64,000 bases of DNA, taken from positions 356,810,001-356,874,000 of the forward strand of contig OZ024740.1 in NCBI GenBank assembly GCA_964016885.1, read 5' to 3'. Within the stretch, counting starts at the first letter, position 1. Every line of letters begins with the position of its first letter. The translations under genes were made by a program, and so were the position numbers. Of the stretch, positions 11,175-22,494 are shown one piece after another. Under the pieces are notes generated by a model, which was not told the origin of the DNA, searched no databases, and saw only the letters and a program-made list of their open reading frames with translations. The DNA is from Eledone cirrhosa. Its lineage: Eukaryota.

Positions 11175-14100
11175 TTAATTGTAAGTTGTGATGTTGATGT
11201 TCCACTCATATTTTCTATTTAATTTTGGTTGTAATTCTTTTATGTTTATTGCCTCTGTGATGTGTCTAAACATTGCGTCTTTTCTGTGTGTAGATTCTAT
11301 TTTTATTTCTATGTTCTCTAATTTACCCTTGTGTTCTATTTTAGCATGTTGGTAGAGTACAGATGATTCTTTACTATCTTGAAGGTCTCGCCAGTGTTCA
11401 TTTATCCGTTCCCCTACACTACGAGCTGTCTCACCTATGTACACTATATTTTTGTCTCTACATTGTCCTTCAGTACATCTTATGCTATACACTACATTTC
11501 TAGTTTTACAGTTAATATGGGGACTTATTTTACAGGTTATACATTTCTTATCTATACAGGGGGTCTTTGAAAAGGGTATGTCTTGATAATAAGTGTTTTT
11601 ACGGAGGTACCTGGTCTTTCTACTATCTTAATATTGAGTTTATGTTTATCTAGGGCCCTTCTAAATTTGTAAGCTAATTCACCTCTAGGGGTTGTATCGA
11701 TGAACATTACACTCTGGTATTTATTGCTATCATACCATGAGTTTATTCTATTAGCCTTATTCCTTGTTCTTTCTATTCTATTCCAAAATTTGCTCCTATA
11801 CAAGGGGCAGGTCCCATTTGAGTCATTATTTACCATTTTTTCCCATTTGCTTCTGGCTCCTCTATACACTCTGATTTTATCTCTCTGATTGTAACCAGAG
11901 AACTGCATACGGTGGATGTAGTGTTGTATGTGTCTCTCTATTTCTTCGGGGTTGCACATGTGGGACACGTTTCTCATCACCCGTACCAAATCCGCAATCA
12001 GTATGTTGATTTTGGTATGGTCCGAAACAGCCAAGTTTCGGTGGATCAGATGCTTGGAAGTCATGGGTTTGGTATAATGGGAATGAAGGATTTGTTTTTT
12101 GTTATTAATGGTATCTAACCAGAGCTCTGTGTCTAGTACAGGTAATCGATGGTTGGGGTGTTTACTTGGGTAGTCTATAGTAACTCTAATACTCTGGTGG
12201 ATGGAGTTAGCTATTTGCTGGATGCTTTCCATTGTGTTTTTCTCTAGTTCCTGACTGTTCTCTAGTGGGGGTGTCTTAACTACGATGTTTATATTGTAGT
12301 GACCTACATTCCGCGGGCTCACATACATTCTCTGTGCGTGATTTGGCTCAGTTCAGCCAATCAGCGCCAGTAGAAGAGGATGTATCCCTACGCGCCCTGA
12401 GGAAGAAATTCCCCGCGAAGATTTGAAGAATCTCTCTCTTGTACCAGAAACTTCGAACCAGCAACACGCATAATGTAACGGTGAGATATTGCACCCTAGC
12501 CTCGCCGGCTTTTCGGCGCAATGGCACATTCCCTTTTGTAACCTCTTTTTATCTGTAACTTCAACCATATAAGTTAACAAACATTGTTTGAGCTACATCA
12601 AAAATAAACATACATTTCATCTCTAATTTCTGCTGTTGAGATCATTATTATGTTACTCGTGTCTCAATAACATCTATAATCCATGCTGCTGGAATTGGCG
12701 ACCTGACGAAAGGAATATTGTAAATACAAAGATGGTAAATAGATCGAGGGACCTTCCCTCACGTCTATGTCGACAAGACAATCCAACGAGGATACTATCA
12801 CTTACCACACACTGGCAACTCACGACCTTCAACCTTCAATCATCTACCCTGTTAAAGTGGCGACTATTCAACTTTCATACTGCTAAAATATCATCAACGT
12901 AGCGAGAGTACATTATCAGGGTTAAGGGGTCTTCTAATTGTTCTTTAAGTTTAAGTTTAAGTCTACTGTCCCACCATACCATGAATAAGTTAGCTATGTC
13001 GCCTGCAATGCTAACACCAATGGCTGCTCCTTCCTCTTGGGCATATGATTTTCCATTAAATTTGAACATATGTTCCTTAAGGGTTAGTTTTATGCTGGCC
13101 CCTACCGCATGTGCAATCATTTCATTCAGTTCATCGTGGTTTTCGGGTGTCCGTATGGCTCTGGTCCACCCGTTCCATCTATCTGTGTGGGTTTTCTTGG
13201 CCATTGAGGTAATGGTAGGTGGTCTGCCTCTTGCTGGTCTTGTAGGGCACAGGTTGCTAAGGTCATATGTGTCTAGGTAATTATTACTATAGATAAGTTT
13301 AAGTAGGAGTATCAATCCCACGGAACTCAACATTGCTCTCGCCGATCATTTCTACGCATTTCTCCACAGCAAAATCCACGTCAATAAATAGATGGATACA
13401 GGGACACAACATCCATAGTACCTATTATACAGTTTGTTAGGTCCCTAGATCGGTTACTCTCGCCGATTCTGCTGAGGAGGTCCTCCGTGCTGTCCCATAC
13501 ATCTGGGGATATTTTGATGATGGGGCGTATGATCAGGGAGAGGAAGTAGGACAGTCTGTAGTTACTAGCAATGTTAGCCCCACAGACTGGCAGTGTTGGT
13601 GGTCCCGTGACAGGGTCATTTCCCGTTTTACGGTCTTTTCGAAGCCCATACAACGCCGGCACGTCATTGTTCCAGGCCTGGAAGTTGTTGGCAGTCCTTT
13701 TGTTGGGCTGCATTATATTCGTCCACATCACCATATGGGCATTGAGGGCTTTTTCTCTATCCTCATGCTCCTGTGGTGTTACCTCTCTTGTGTTAGTGAT
13801 GTGGGTTGCATTGCCTGGATGTAGTTTGGCAGGCTGTCAACCGACATTCTGCCAGACTTGTCTGTTGGAAAGCATGCTATCTCTCTATTACGCGAGCGCT
13901 GCATGAGCTTACGCAAGCCATTTGCAGATTTTCCTCCCAGTTGCTGGGCCTCCATTCTATTATGCTTCTTGCTATACTGTTCTATAATATTTCTAAGTTC
14001 GGATCTAGCTATACTAAATTGTGCTTCTGTTTGTTCATCGACCTGCGACGGCAATTGCGTGCGTTTGTTAAATGGTAAAGTCGTGGCGTGGACTCGTCCT

Positions 14101-14431
14101 AGGTCGAACGACTTATCGGAGGGATTATAAAAAGTAGAGTTCCAGGCTGCTGCTTTATGTGTACTAGTGCTATTGTTATTGTCAGTTGTGTTGTTTCTAT
14201 TTCTATTTCCACCAACAGCCTCATGGTTGTTTCTATGTCTCTCATAATTATTCCTGTCTCTTTCCACTGGCTCATTGTTATTATCTACTCTATTTTGTGT
14301 GTCTGTGTGTTCGTCTTGGTTATTATCTTTGTCCATAGTCTCCCTTCTCCTTTTAATCCTATTACTTTCCCTTATTTCTGTGATTTCTGTGCTACTGTCA
14401 TTACTTGTTTTCTGTGTCTGTGTGTTTGTTA
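11175..14431 (-). pseudogene. PLE reverse transcriptase + GIY-YIG endonuclease ORF, frameshifted and interrupted
   Basis: PTDKSGR, PALYGLRKD, MDVVSLYPSI, YAQEEGAAIGVSIAGDIANLFM, YSRYVDDI, LPVLDTELW, MQFSGY, VYIGETARSVGERINEH, LNRKYEW. Confidence 0.93.
12295..12887 (+). mobile_element. Solo LTR (probably Gypsy-type) inserted in the PLE RT
   Basis: 593 bp, termini TGTAG...CTAAA (one change from CTACA), 4-bp TSD ATAT (12291-12294 / 12888-12891), internal AATAAA; removal restores YVDD-INIVV. Confidence 0.82.
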
Positions 14432-15083
14432 ATAGTAGAAACACCAGGTGCCTCCGTAAAAACACTTATTAGCAAGACATACCCTTTTCAAAGACCTCCC
14501 TGTATAGATAAGAAATGTATAACCTGTAAAATAAGCCCCATATTAACTGTAAAACTAGAAATGTAGTGTATAGCATAAGATGTACTGAAGAACAATGTAG
14601 AGACAAAAATATAGTGTACATAGGTGAGACAGCCCTTAGTATAGGGGAACGGATAAATGAACGCTGGCGAGACCTTCAAGATAGTAAAGAATAATCTGTA
14701 CTCTACCAACATGCTAAAATAGAACACAAGGGTAAATTAGAGAACATAGAAATAAAAATAGAATCTACACACAGAAAGACGCAATGTTTAGACAAATCAC
14801 AGAGGCAATAAACATAAAAGAATTACAACCAAAATTAAATAGAAAATATGACTGGAACAGCAACATCACAGCTTACGATTAAGGACAAAATGAAAACACA
14901 CACACACATAGAACAAACAACCAACCGGTAACATGTAAATAAACAAATAAATAAACAAATATAAACACACACAGACACCCGGATGTGGCGCATGCGCAGA
15001 CTGAACACACAACACACACACAGAAACAAAATGGCGTAGGACAGAACAAAGGAGAGGCACAAAAACAAAGAAAAGAATCCCCA

Positions 15084-15126
15084 GTCACTGATGAGGTCAC
15101 AGAATGTGTGACGAAAGAAATTTGAC
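15084..15126 (+). ncRNA. Minimal hammerhead motif in family A pseudo-LTR (right copy)
   Basis: Stem I GTCA/TGAC, CTGATGA, stem II GTCACA/TGTGAC, GAAA; stem III degenerate here. Confidence 0.7.
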
Positions 15127-15345
15127 AATATATAAACAACTATCTGGTTGTGGAACCAACCAACCAACCAGAAATTTATAAATTTATAAATTCCTAAATT
15201 TATAAATTTATTATAATAAATTGAAGTGAAAGCAACTGGTGCGTGTGTTTCTTATTGGCAACATGCCCCTCCCAAAGTATAACAATATCGGTTCAACACA
15301 CGATTTCAGATAAAGAATCTTGCTAAACAAATTCAGAAACGAAAT

Positions 15346-15377
<32 letters not shown>

Positions 15378-16099
15378 ATATTCCCATATATATTTGTGCG
15401 GAGGTGCATTTGTGCTTATACATACAGACATTAATGGAACTGTAAAAATATGTAAAATGTTCCCAAACATATCCATATAGAAACCTATGTATATTTGCAT
15501 ATATAATTTAAACCACACACACAGGTCCAAACATGCAGTTACATCCATACCTGAACATGTAAACACACGCGACAGACATATATACAGTACATAACTATAA
15601 TGTTAAATGGGTGTTCAATAAATCTCATGCCTAGAACAATTGAGCCAACATATATATATATATATATTTATAACACTGACATCCTAATTCTTCAAGTACT
15701 GAAGAATATAAAGTGAATTCTACTCAACGATATACACTATCTACAAAATATACAATATGGAAGCCAAACATTCACACAGCACACAGCTGCTCTCTCCAAA
15801 CGAGATAATAACCAAACAATATACAACAGATGAGCTGTCTCCATTGGTTAGTCTTTCCACCGCTCACCGATACCGTACTTCTATTGTAATACCATTAAAA
15901 CTATCGAATAGGTATTTTTAAATAGTTTAGAGTCTAAATGAAGATTCAGAGAAGCATATCATCTCAAATATAATCTGATTCTGGCATGAAACCATCACTA
16001 ACCATTTTGGGTGACATTCTTATAAGTTTTCCAACACGCATGCTGACAATGCATACACACACACACATACATACACACACACACACATATATATATATA

Positions 16100-17340
16100 T
16101 AATGTAGGAGGTGAGTTTTATTGTAGCACAATAAAGCAATGCAAATATCGGATAAGTAGCACTCTACAATTTGTAGGACTGGAGTATAAATAATATAAGA
16201 TCAAAAGATGGTTAAAAGAGATCCAAGTATTCTATTATGCGCATTTCAAATACAAATATCATCATGGGATGATATCTGCGTTCTCATCAGATGATATGAA
16301 GCTTAAAAAACACTTGTGAGCAGTGAAGTTTTAAATCAACATATGAAAAATAAATTAAGATGGATGTATGAGATTAGGAAAAAGTGAGGGTGGTTGGAAA
16401 AGGTAAGGAAGAGGAAGAAATAAGAGTAAAGGATGGTGGGGGAGGAGTATGAGAAGGAAGGATGAGAGAGGAGGAGAGATGGGTGATAGAGAGAGATAGG
16501 CTTTGCAACTGAGAAAAAATATTGTCTCACAGAGAGAAATTAAAAAGCCGTTGGAAGATAATAGATAATTTAAAAGATTTTGAAATTAAAAGTTAATGAG
16601 GTTTATGCATGAAGAAAAAGGAATTAAGAATAGTATTAAATTAAGGTTTGTATATTGAAGGGTTTAATAATATGTGCGAAGAAAAGAATTTATTAATATG
16701 TATTATTAAAATAAAAATATTAATGATATTAAGGATATAATGTGAAAAGAAGGAGAAGAATATATGAGTTATGAATTTAGAGGAGTTAGTTAGGGTTTAA
16801 GTTTGTTTTTATGTATTGTAATATGTATACGTAAATAGTATGTTTAAAATGAACGCGGAAGGAGAGAAGTAAAAAGAATGTTTAAGGAAGAAAATATCTA
16901 ACATCAAAAAGTATATATGTTTACGAAATATTTTCTAATATTTTCTAATATTATAATATATTAAAAGAAATTAGTTAGGGTTTAAGTTTGTTTTTATGTA
17001 TTATAATATGTAAAAGTAAAATTAAGTAGTCGGTTTAAAACGAGCATGAAAGGATAGAAGAGATAAAAAAAATTTAAGGAAGAAAAAAATCTAACGTCAA
17101 AAAGTTTATATGTTTACGAAGGACTTCTAATGGTAATATTATAATGTATTAAAAAAATAATTTTTATGGCCAATGATATGAGGAAAGATGTAAGAATGGA
17201 TAATGTTGTGGTGAGTAATAATATGAATTGAGAAGTAGTTGGGAAGAAAAAGTACAGATTAGAGATTAGAAATTAAAAAGAAAAAAGAAAGGAAAATGAT
17301 AAAGAGGAATGACATAGAATGAGTAAATTGTATTATATTA
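16100..17340 (-). mobile_element. Old degenerate PLE 3' end (AT-rich) with internal ~185-bp duplication
   Basis: Hammerhead near the 3' end; remnant SFHARFK GIY-YIG-like codons; duplicated block ~16785-16960 / 16970-17150. Confidence 0.5.
16232..16294 (-). ncRNA. Minimal type I hammerhead ribozyme (PLE-type)
   Basis: Minus: CTGATGA, long stem II (GCAGATATCATC/GATGATATTTGT), GAAATGCGCATA with palindromic stem III and AUA triplet. Confidence 0.75.
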
Positions 17341-17552
17341 ATTGTATATAATATATATATAAATATATATATAAGTGTGTGTGTGAGTGTGAATATATGC
17401 ATGTATGTACGTATGAAATATGTTTGTATATGTGCATCTATGTATGCATGTATTATATATGTATGCAGGTATTTATATTTTTGTATATATACATATATAT
17501 ATAGTATGTATGTATACGTACATACATATATGTATACAGACGTACAGTAGCA

Positions 17553-17636
<84 letters not shown>

Positions 17637-17998
17637 TATATACATACAGGTACACATCGTTTTCATTTTTTTCAACTTATCGTTTTCGGTATGCCTGACC
17701 GATTTAACTCACTCAATATGCAAATTAGGCTGCTCAGCCGTTAATTTTCATAAGGAAAGTATATACTTTCGAACGTTCAACTATCTGGCAGATGGGTATA
17801 CGGTGCTGATGATAGCTAACAAGCTTGAAACTAGTACATCGTTCCTGTGTCAGTGTTGAACAAAAAGGTGACGTGGTTGCCTTAACACCGTATGGCATAA
17901 ATTCGGGCTGTTCAGTTTGTTTACAAACGAACAAAGCGGCGTTATAATAAGCGTCCGCTAAACTGATGTGTGCATATATGTATGTGTACCTGTATGTA

Positions 17999-18076
<78 letters not shown>

Positions 18077-18834
18077 TGCTACTGTACGTCTGTATACATA
18101 TATGTATGTACGTATACATACATACTTACATTTAAGTAAGTGCCATACTAAGAGTGAGAAATGAAATTTCGTTTTCATTTTTTTCAACTCATATATATAT
18201 AAATATATATATATACATACATATATATATAACACGCACCCACCCACCCACGTACACTCACACACATATATATGTATATATATATATATATATGTGTGTG
18301 TGTGCGTGTGTGTGTGTGTATACATACATATGTGTGTGTGTGCGTGTGTCTATGCATTCGTTTGTGCGTGTGTGTTTGTTCATATTATGCGAATATTTTT
18401 GTTTTTCAGAAATAGACATTTTTCCGGAGGTATTTCTCCCTAAAGCTATAGATTTCATTGAATATGTTTCAGTGTATTGAGTAAAAACGTGAAGCCGTGC
18501 CAAAGCAGATTATATTTCGTTATTTTATTATTATTTTTTCATAATCATAACATTGCTTATATTAAATTTTTCTCTTAATAAGCTTATTGATACAATTTCA
18601 TTTTTCTTGCCAACTTCTATTCTTGTTTACTTTTTCATTGTCAAAATAGAAAACTGTTCCTTTCATATCTTGCAGGAGCGTAGGAGAGTGATGAAATGTG
18701 AAAGAGAAAATCTGGATTCTTTTCATCCAAGTTATGTGGGTAGAGAATGAAAGGAATTGAAACAGGGAATCTGGATAAATCCGACCGACTACGTTATAGT
18801 AGAGAAGTGACAGTATTATATCTATGTTGTACCA

Positions 18835-18835
<1 letters not shown>

Positions 18836-18865
<30 letters not shown>

Positions 18866-19440
18866 CTTCTTCTTCTTCTTCTTCTTCTTCTTCTTCTTCT
18901 TCTTCTTCTTCTTCTTCTTCTTCTTCCAGCGGCTCCTGTCTGAAGCAACCGTCTCCAACTGATCCAGCTGGACCCCCAATTGAGACCAGCCAAGTTCATG
19001 GATGTTATCCAACCATATTGTTCGGCATCTACCCTTGGCTCTCCTGCCGGTTAGTTTTGCCTGTAAAATCTGACCCGCGATTCTTTCCTGCGACATTTTA
19101 ATCATATGCCCATAATATAGGAGCTGTGATCTCTCAATTCATAGAAGTAGTGGCTCTCCCTGGAGTGACTCCCTGGTCTCCGAGCTACGCACTCTATCGA
19201 GTAATGTTACTCCAAAGAACCTTCTGTAAACTGCATTTTAGCCGCTTGTATTCGCGAAAGTATTCTTTCGGTCATTATCCAAGATTCACGACCATAGATA
19301 ATGGTTGGCACGAATACCAAATTGAAGATAGCGAGTTTGGCATTTACACCTACCTCCCTTCTTCTGATTACCGAATGCTGAAGCTGGCGCATTACTGCAA
19401 AATAAATGTCGAAAGAGTTCGAGGTGGTGATTTGTTGTAC
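18836..19440 (-). mobile_element. RTE LINE 3' fragment with (AAG)n tail
   Basis: PTIIYGRESW..RIQAA.MQF; GRRAKGR.RTIWLDNI..DRSRW; (TTC)n 18836-18926. Confidence 0.88.
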
Positions 19441-20377
19441 GGCAGTCCAACTCATGCGTTAATAAATGAACATACATTAAAATTTTGATAGTGAGAATTA
19501 CGTTATAACTTGGACGAAAGGTCACTTTATCCAAAACACGATCGTCTCTACTACTGCTCAAGTCATAAATTTCGGGGGAAATAGAGTATTTATTCCATTC
19601 GAAATGTTAAACATGGGAATCTTAATAATTTAATATTGATTTCATGTAGAATTGGTTAGTTTTATTTTATGATCAAAGTCACTTTACTTCATATATGTCA
19701 TTAACAAATTTTGGAAAGATATGGATGCCATAACTTTCAGTTTTTCTCTCGCCTGTATATTGTATCTTTCTCCATTGTCCAGTTAATGATATAGTTGCTT
19801 TATATATTCTTATACGAAAACTGCATTGACCGATTTTCAACAAAAGTCAGTATCCGCTGTCTGTAGTCTACATATTAATTTCAGTCTACATGATACATAT
19901 GTTCCTTTAAATGCATCACTAATTTTCTTCATGGCGGTATCATCGTCAAACAATGATTTCCTTTCATATATTTTGTAGGTCTCGGTATTTTATTAAAGTA
20001 AATGGCTTGAAAACGTTGGTTCTATTCTTCTACAGAATTTCAATTTCATTCGAATAGACAAGACGGTAAACTAAGTTATAAAATATAAATCATAAGTACT
20101 AGTTATGAATTATGTCTGATTCCAGAGACTGATTTTCTTCCTCTGTAAAAATTGGGATTTTGTGAGCTCCAATGAAACTATGTTTTAATTATACGATAAT
20201 TAAAGTAAGCGATATAGATTAAGAAAGAAATTTTAGCAAGACATGACTATGATATGTTGTCCGTTTCCAGTTTAAGATTAAAGCTATTTCATTTCATTTA
20301 AACTACTAATATTCTTGGGAAACACAGAAAATGCGAATATTACATTTTCCCTCTCTATTCCTAAATTCCTTAGTGAT

Positions 20378-20670
20378 GGCATGTGGCTTTCTGGTTAGTA
20401 TGTTAGGTGTTATGAGTTTGATTTCTGGACGCGCGTTATATCTTTGAGCATGATACTTTGTTTCACGTTGTTCCAGTTCATTTAGTTGGAAATCAAAATG
20501 ATGTGTACGAATAAATCAAACGGCGGGTTTTGCGTCATGCAGAACCTTCTTGAGGCACACCTCTCAGCGGAATGCTCAGTCACTAGCACATTCATTTCAT
20601 GAGCAGGTATTCCGTTGATCAGATCAACTGAAATACCCCGTCCGAACTGACAGAAGTACAACCATCAATA
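20378..20670 (+). mobile_element. tRNA-derived SINE family 2 (degenerate)
   Basis: ggcatgtggc..tggttag head and (c/t)ttgagca(a/t)ga(c/t)acttt..ttcacgttg core shared with 35435-35520. Confidence 0.55.
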
Positions 20671-21020
20671 TACTTTCCTCACTTGTGACAAGTAAAATGA
20701 AACTATGAGGTACATACACAACAACGACGGAGACAGGAGATATTGCGCTTTACAAGGTCATTTACTTATGCCTCTGGTTAAAGAATAAAAAAACAACTTG
20801 CAATCGTCTATAAATGCGTATTCTTTTAACTATTCAAAGGAATTGACTATATCTTTTCCTATATCTACTCAAGAACAGAATTTCTTTCAGGTCAAAGAAA
20901 ATCAATATTAGTTACTGTGGTATCCCATTTATTTCAGATATAATATATTTGCAAAACTATATACTGTTAAAAAGATCATTCATAGAAGAAAACTAAACTC
21001 TTTTTATAAATGAATAATCA

Positions 21021-21212
21021 ATAATTATTTCTACTTTTGGCACAAGGCCAGCAATTATCCCAGTACATTACTGGTACTTTAATCTATCGACCCCGTAAGG
21101 ATGAAAGGCAAAGTTAACCTTAGCGGGATTTGAACTCAGACTATAAAGGGCCATAACTCTTTGCTGCAAAGCATGGCGTCCGACCCTCTACCGATACTGC
21201 CAATCCACCGCC
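21021..21212 (-). mobile_element. SINE family 1
   Basis: Reverse complement of the family consensus. Confidence 0.92.
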
Positions 21213-21724
21213 TTAGATGAATAATAAATAATATTACCTTATTGTTAACATAGCTAATATAGAGCTGCAGAAATACAGTTCGAAAAATACAATCCCATGT
21301 AAGAATAGATTTTGAAAATATGTTGACGAAAATAAGAAAAGAATATTTTAAACATTTAAAAAGAATTACTCCTATATGTCCAATATCTATTTAACATTCT
21401 TCTTATCTGATCAAATGCATTGTTTCATTCATGTCATTACATAATACATGGAACAATGGAACAAGGAAGTGGCTTACTTTATATAAGGAAACCATGCAGA
21501 AAACAGAATTTTGTGTAGCAATACAGTATATGTTTCCATTCTGCATTTTCTAAGAGTATAACTACTTAGAGGCACTTGAAGTTAACCTACGTGACCTTTC
21601 CATCTTAAAACCATCTGAGTTATATAATAACTAGCAGAGGTACCCGGCGTTGCACGGTATAGCTCTCAAAGGAGTAGTCGTTCAAATGAACCGAAAGACT
21701 TCCGTTAAACACGACTATAGAAGT

Positions 21725-22100
21725 AACAATTTATAGGCGTTGGCCGTAAAGAGGGCCTTTGAACGTTCACTCTGAAATATCTCCGCGGCGGTGCTGCCAG
21801 CAAAGACGATCCGATGGTAACAATTTAAAGTTGGTGGCTCTAAAGAGAGCCTTGGATCGTTCACCTTTAAAGGTCTAAGTGGTGGTGCTGTCAGCAAAAA
21901 CGAATCCAGCGATAACAATTTATAGTTGGTGGCCCTGAAGAAGACCTTTTAACGTTCACTTTGAAATATCTCAGCGGCGGTGCTGCCAGCAAAGATGAAT
22001 CCGATGGTAACAATTTAAACTTGGTGGCCCTGAAGAGGGCCTTAGATCGTTCACTCTTAAAAGTCCCAGCGGCAGAGATGTCACCAAAGACGACTCCGAT
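21725..22100. repeat. ~95-bp tandem repeat x4 in the Helitron 3' subterminal region
   Basis: Units begin AACAATTTA at ~21725, 21819, 21914, 22009. Confidence 0.85.
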
Positions 22101-22494
22101 TAGAGGTGGTGGCTCTTAAGAAGTCCTTCACACCACTTTGGTGTGTCGTATTTGCTTTGCTTGTTATTTGAGATTGTAACCTAGAAAATCATGTAACAGT
22201 CGGTGGCCACAAAAACGGCCTTGGCAAGATCACGCTGGAATGTCAAAGAAATGTGTAAATAAGATGTAGGGAAAAATAGATTAATTAGGTTAAAATTACG
22301 GAACATCGATAGAAAAGCGTAATAGCAACATATAAATGCGGAAAACGGAGACATTGAACATTTATAAAGTATAGCAAAAGCAACCTCAGAGGCGTACGTG
22401 GTATTGTCAAAAGGACAAAAATAGCACACGGATACAGCAAATGTAAGCACTTATACAAAGAAAAACAGCGATTACTTGTTGGCGGATGGGGTGC

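Larger units (their letters stand above)
10784..15344 (-). mobile_element. Penelope-like element family A: long RT+GIY-YIG copy (-, 10784-14431) plus inverted tailed 3' copy (+, 14432-15344)
   Basis: ~850-bp inverted repeats 10784-~11620 / 14432-15288; tail 15289-15344 only on the right; (TA)n on both sides. Confidence 0.95.

Noticed and set aside
13779-14465. Apparent N-terminus MFLRRHLVFLLL of the PLE ORF
   Set aside because: Derives from read-through into the inverted arm beginning at 14432; the real ORF is 5'-truncated.
21725-22100. CRISPR-like regular repeats
   Set aside because: Whole units are homologous with no unique spacers, there are no cas genes, and the context is a eukaryotic Helitron.
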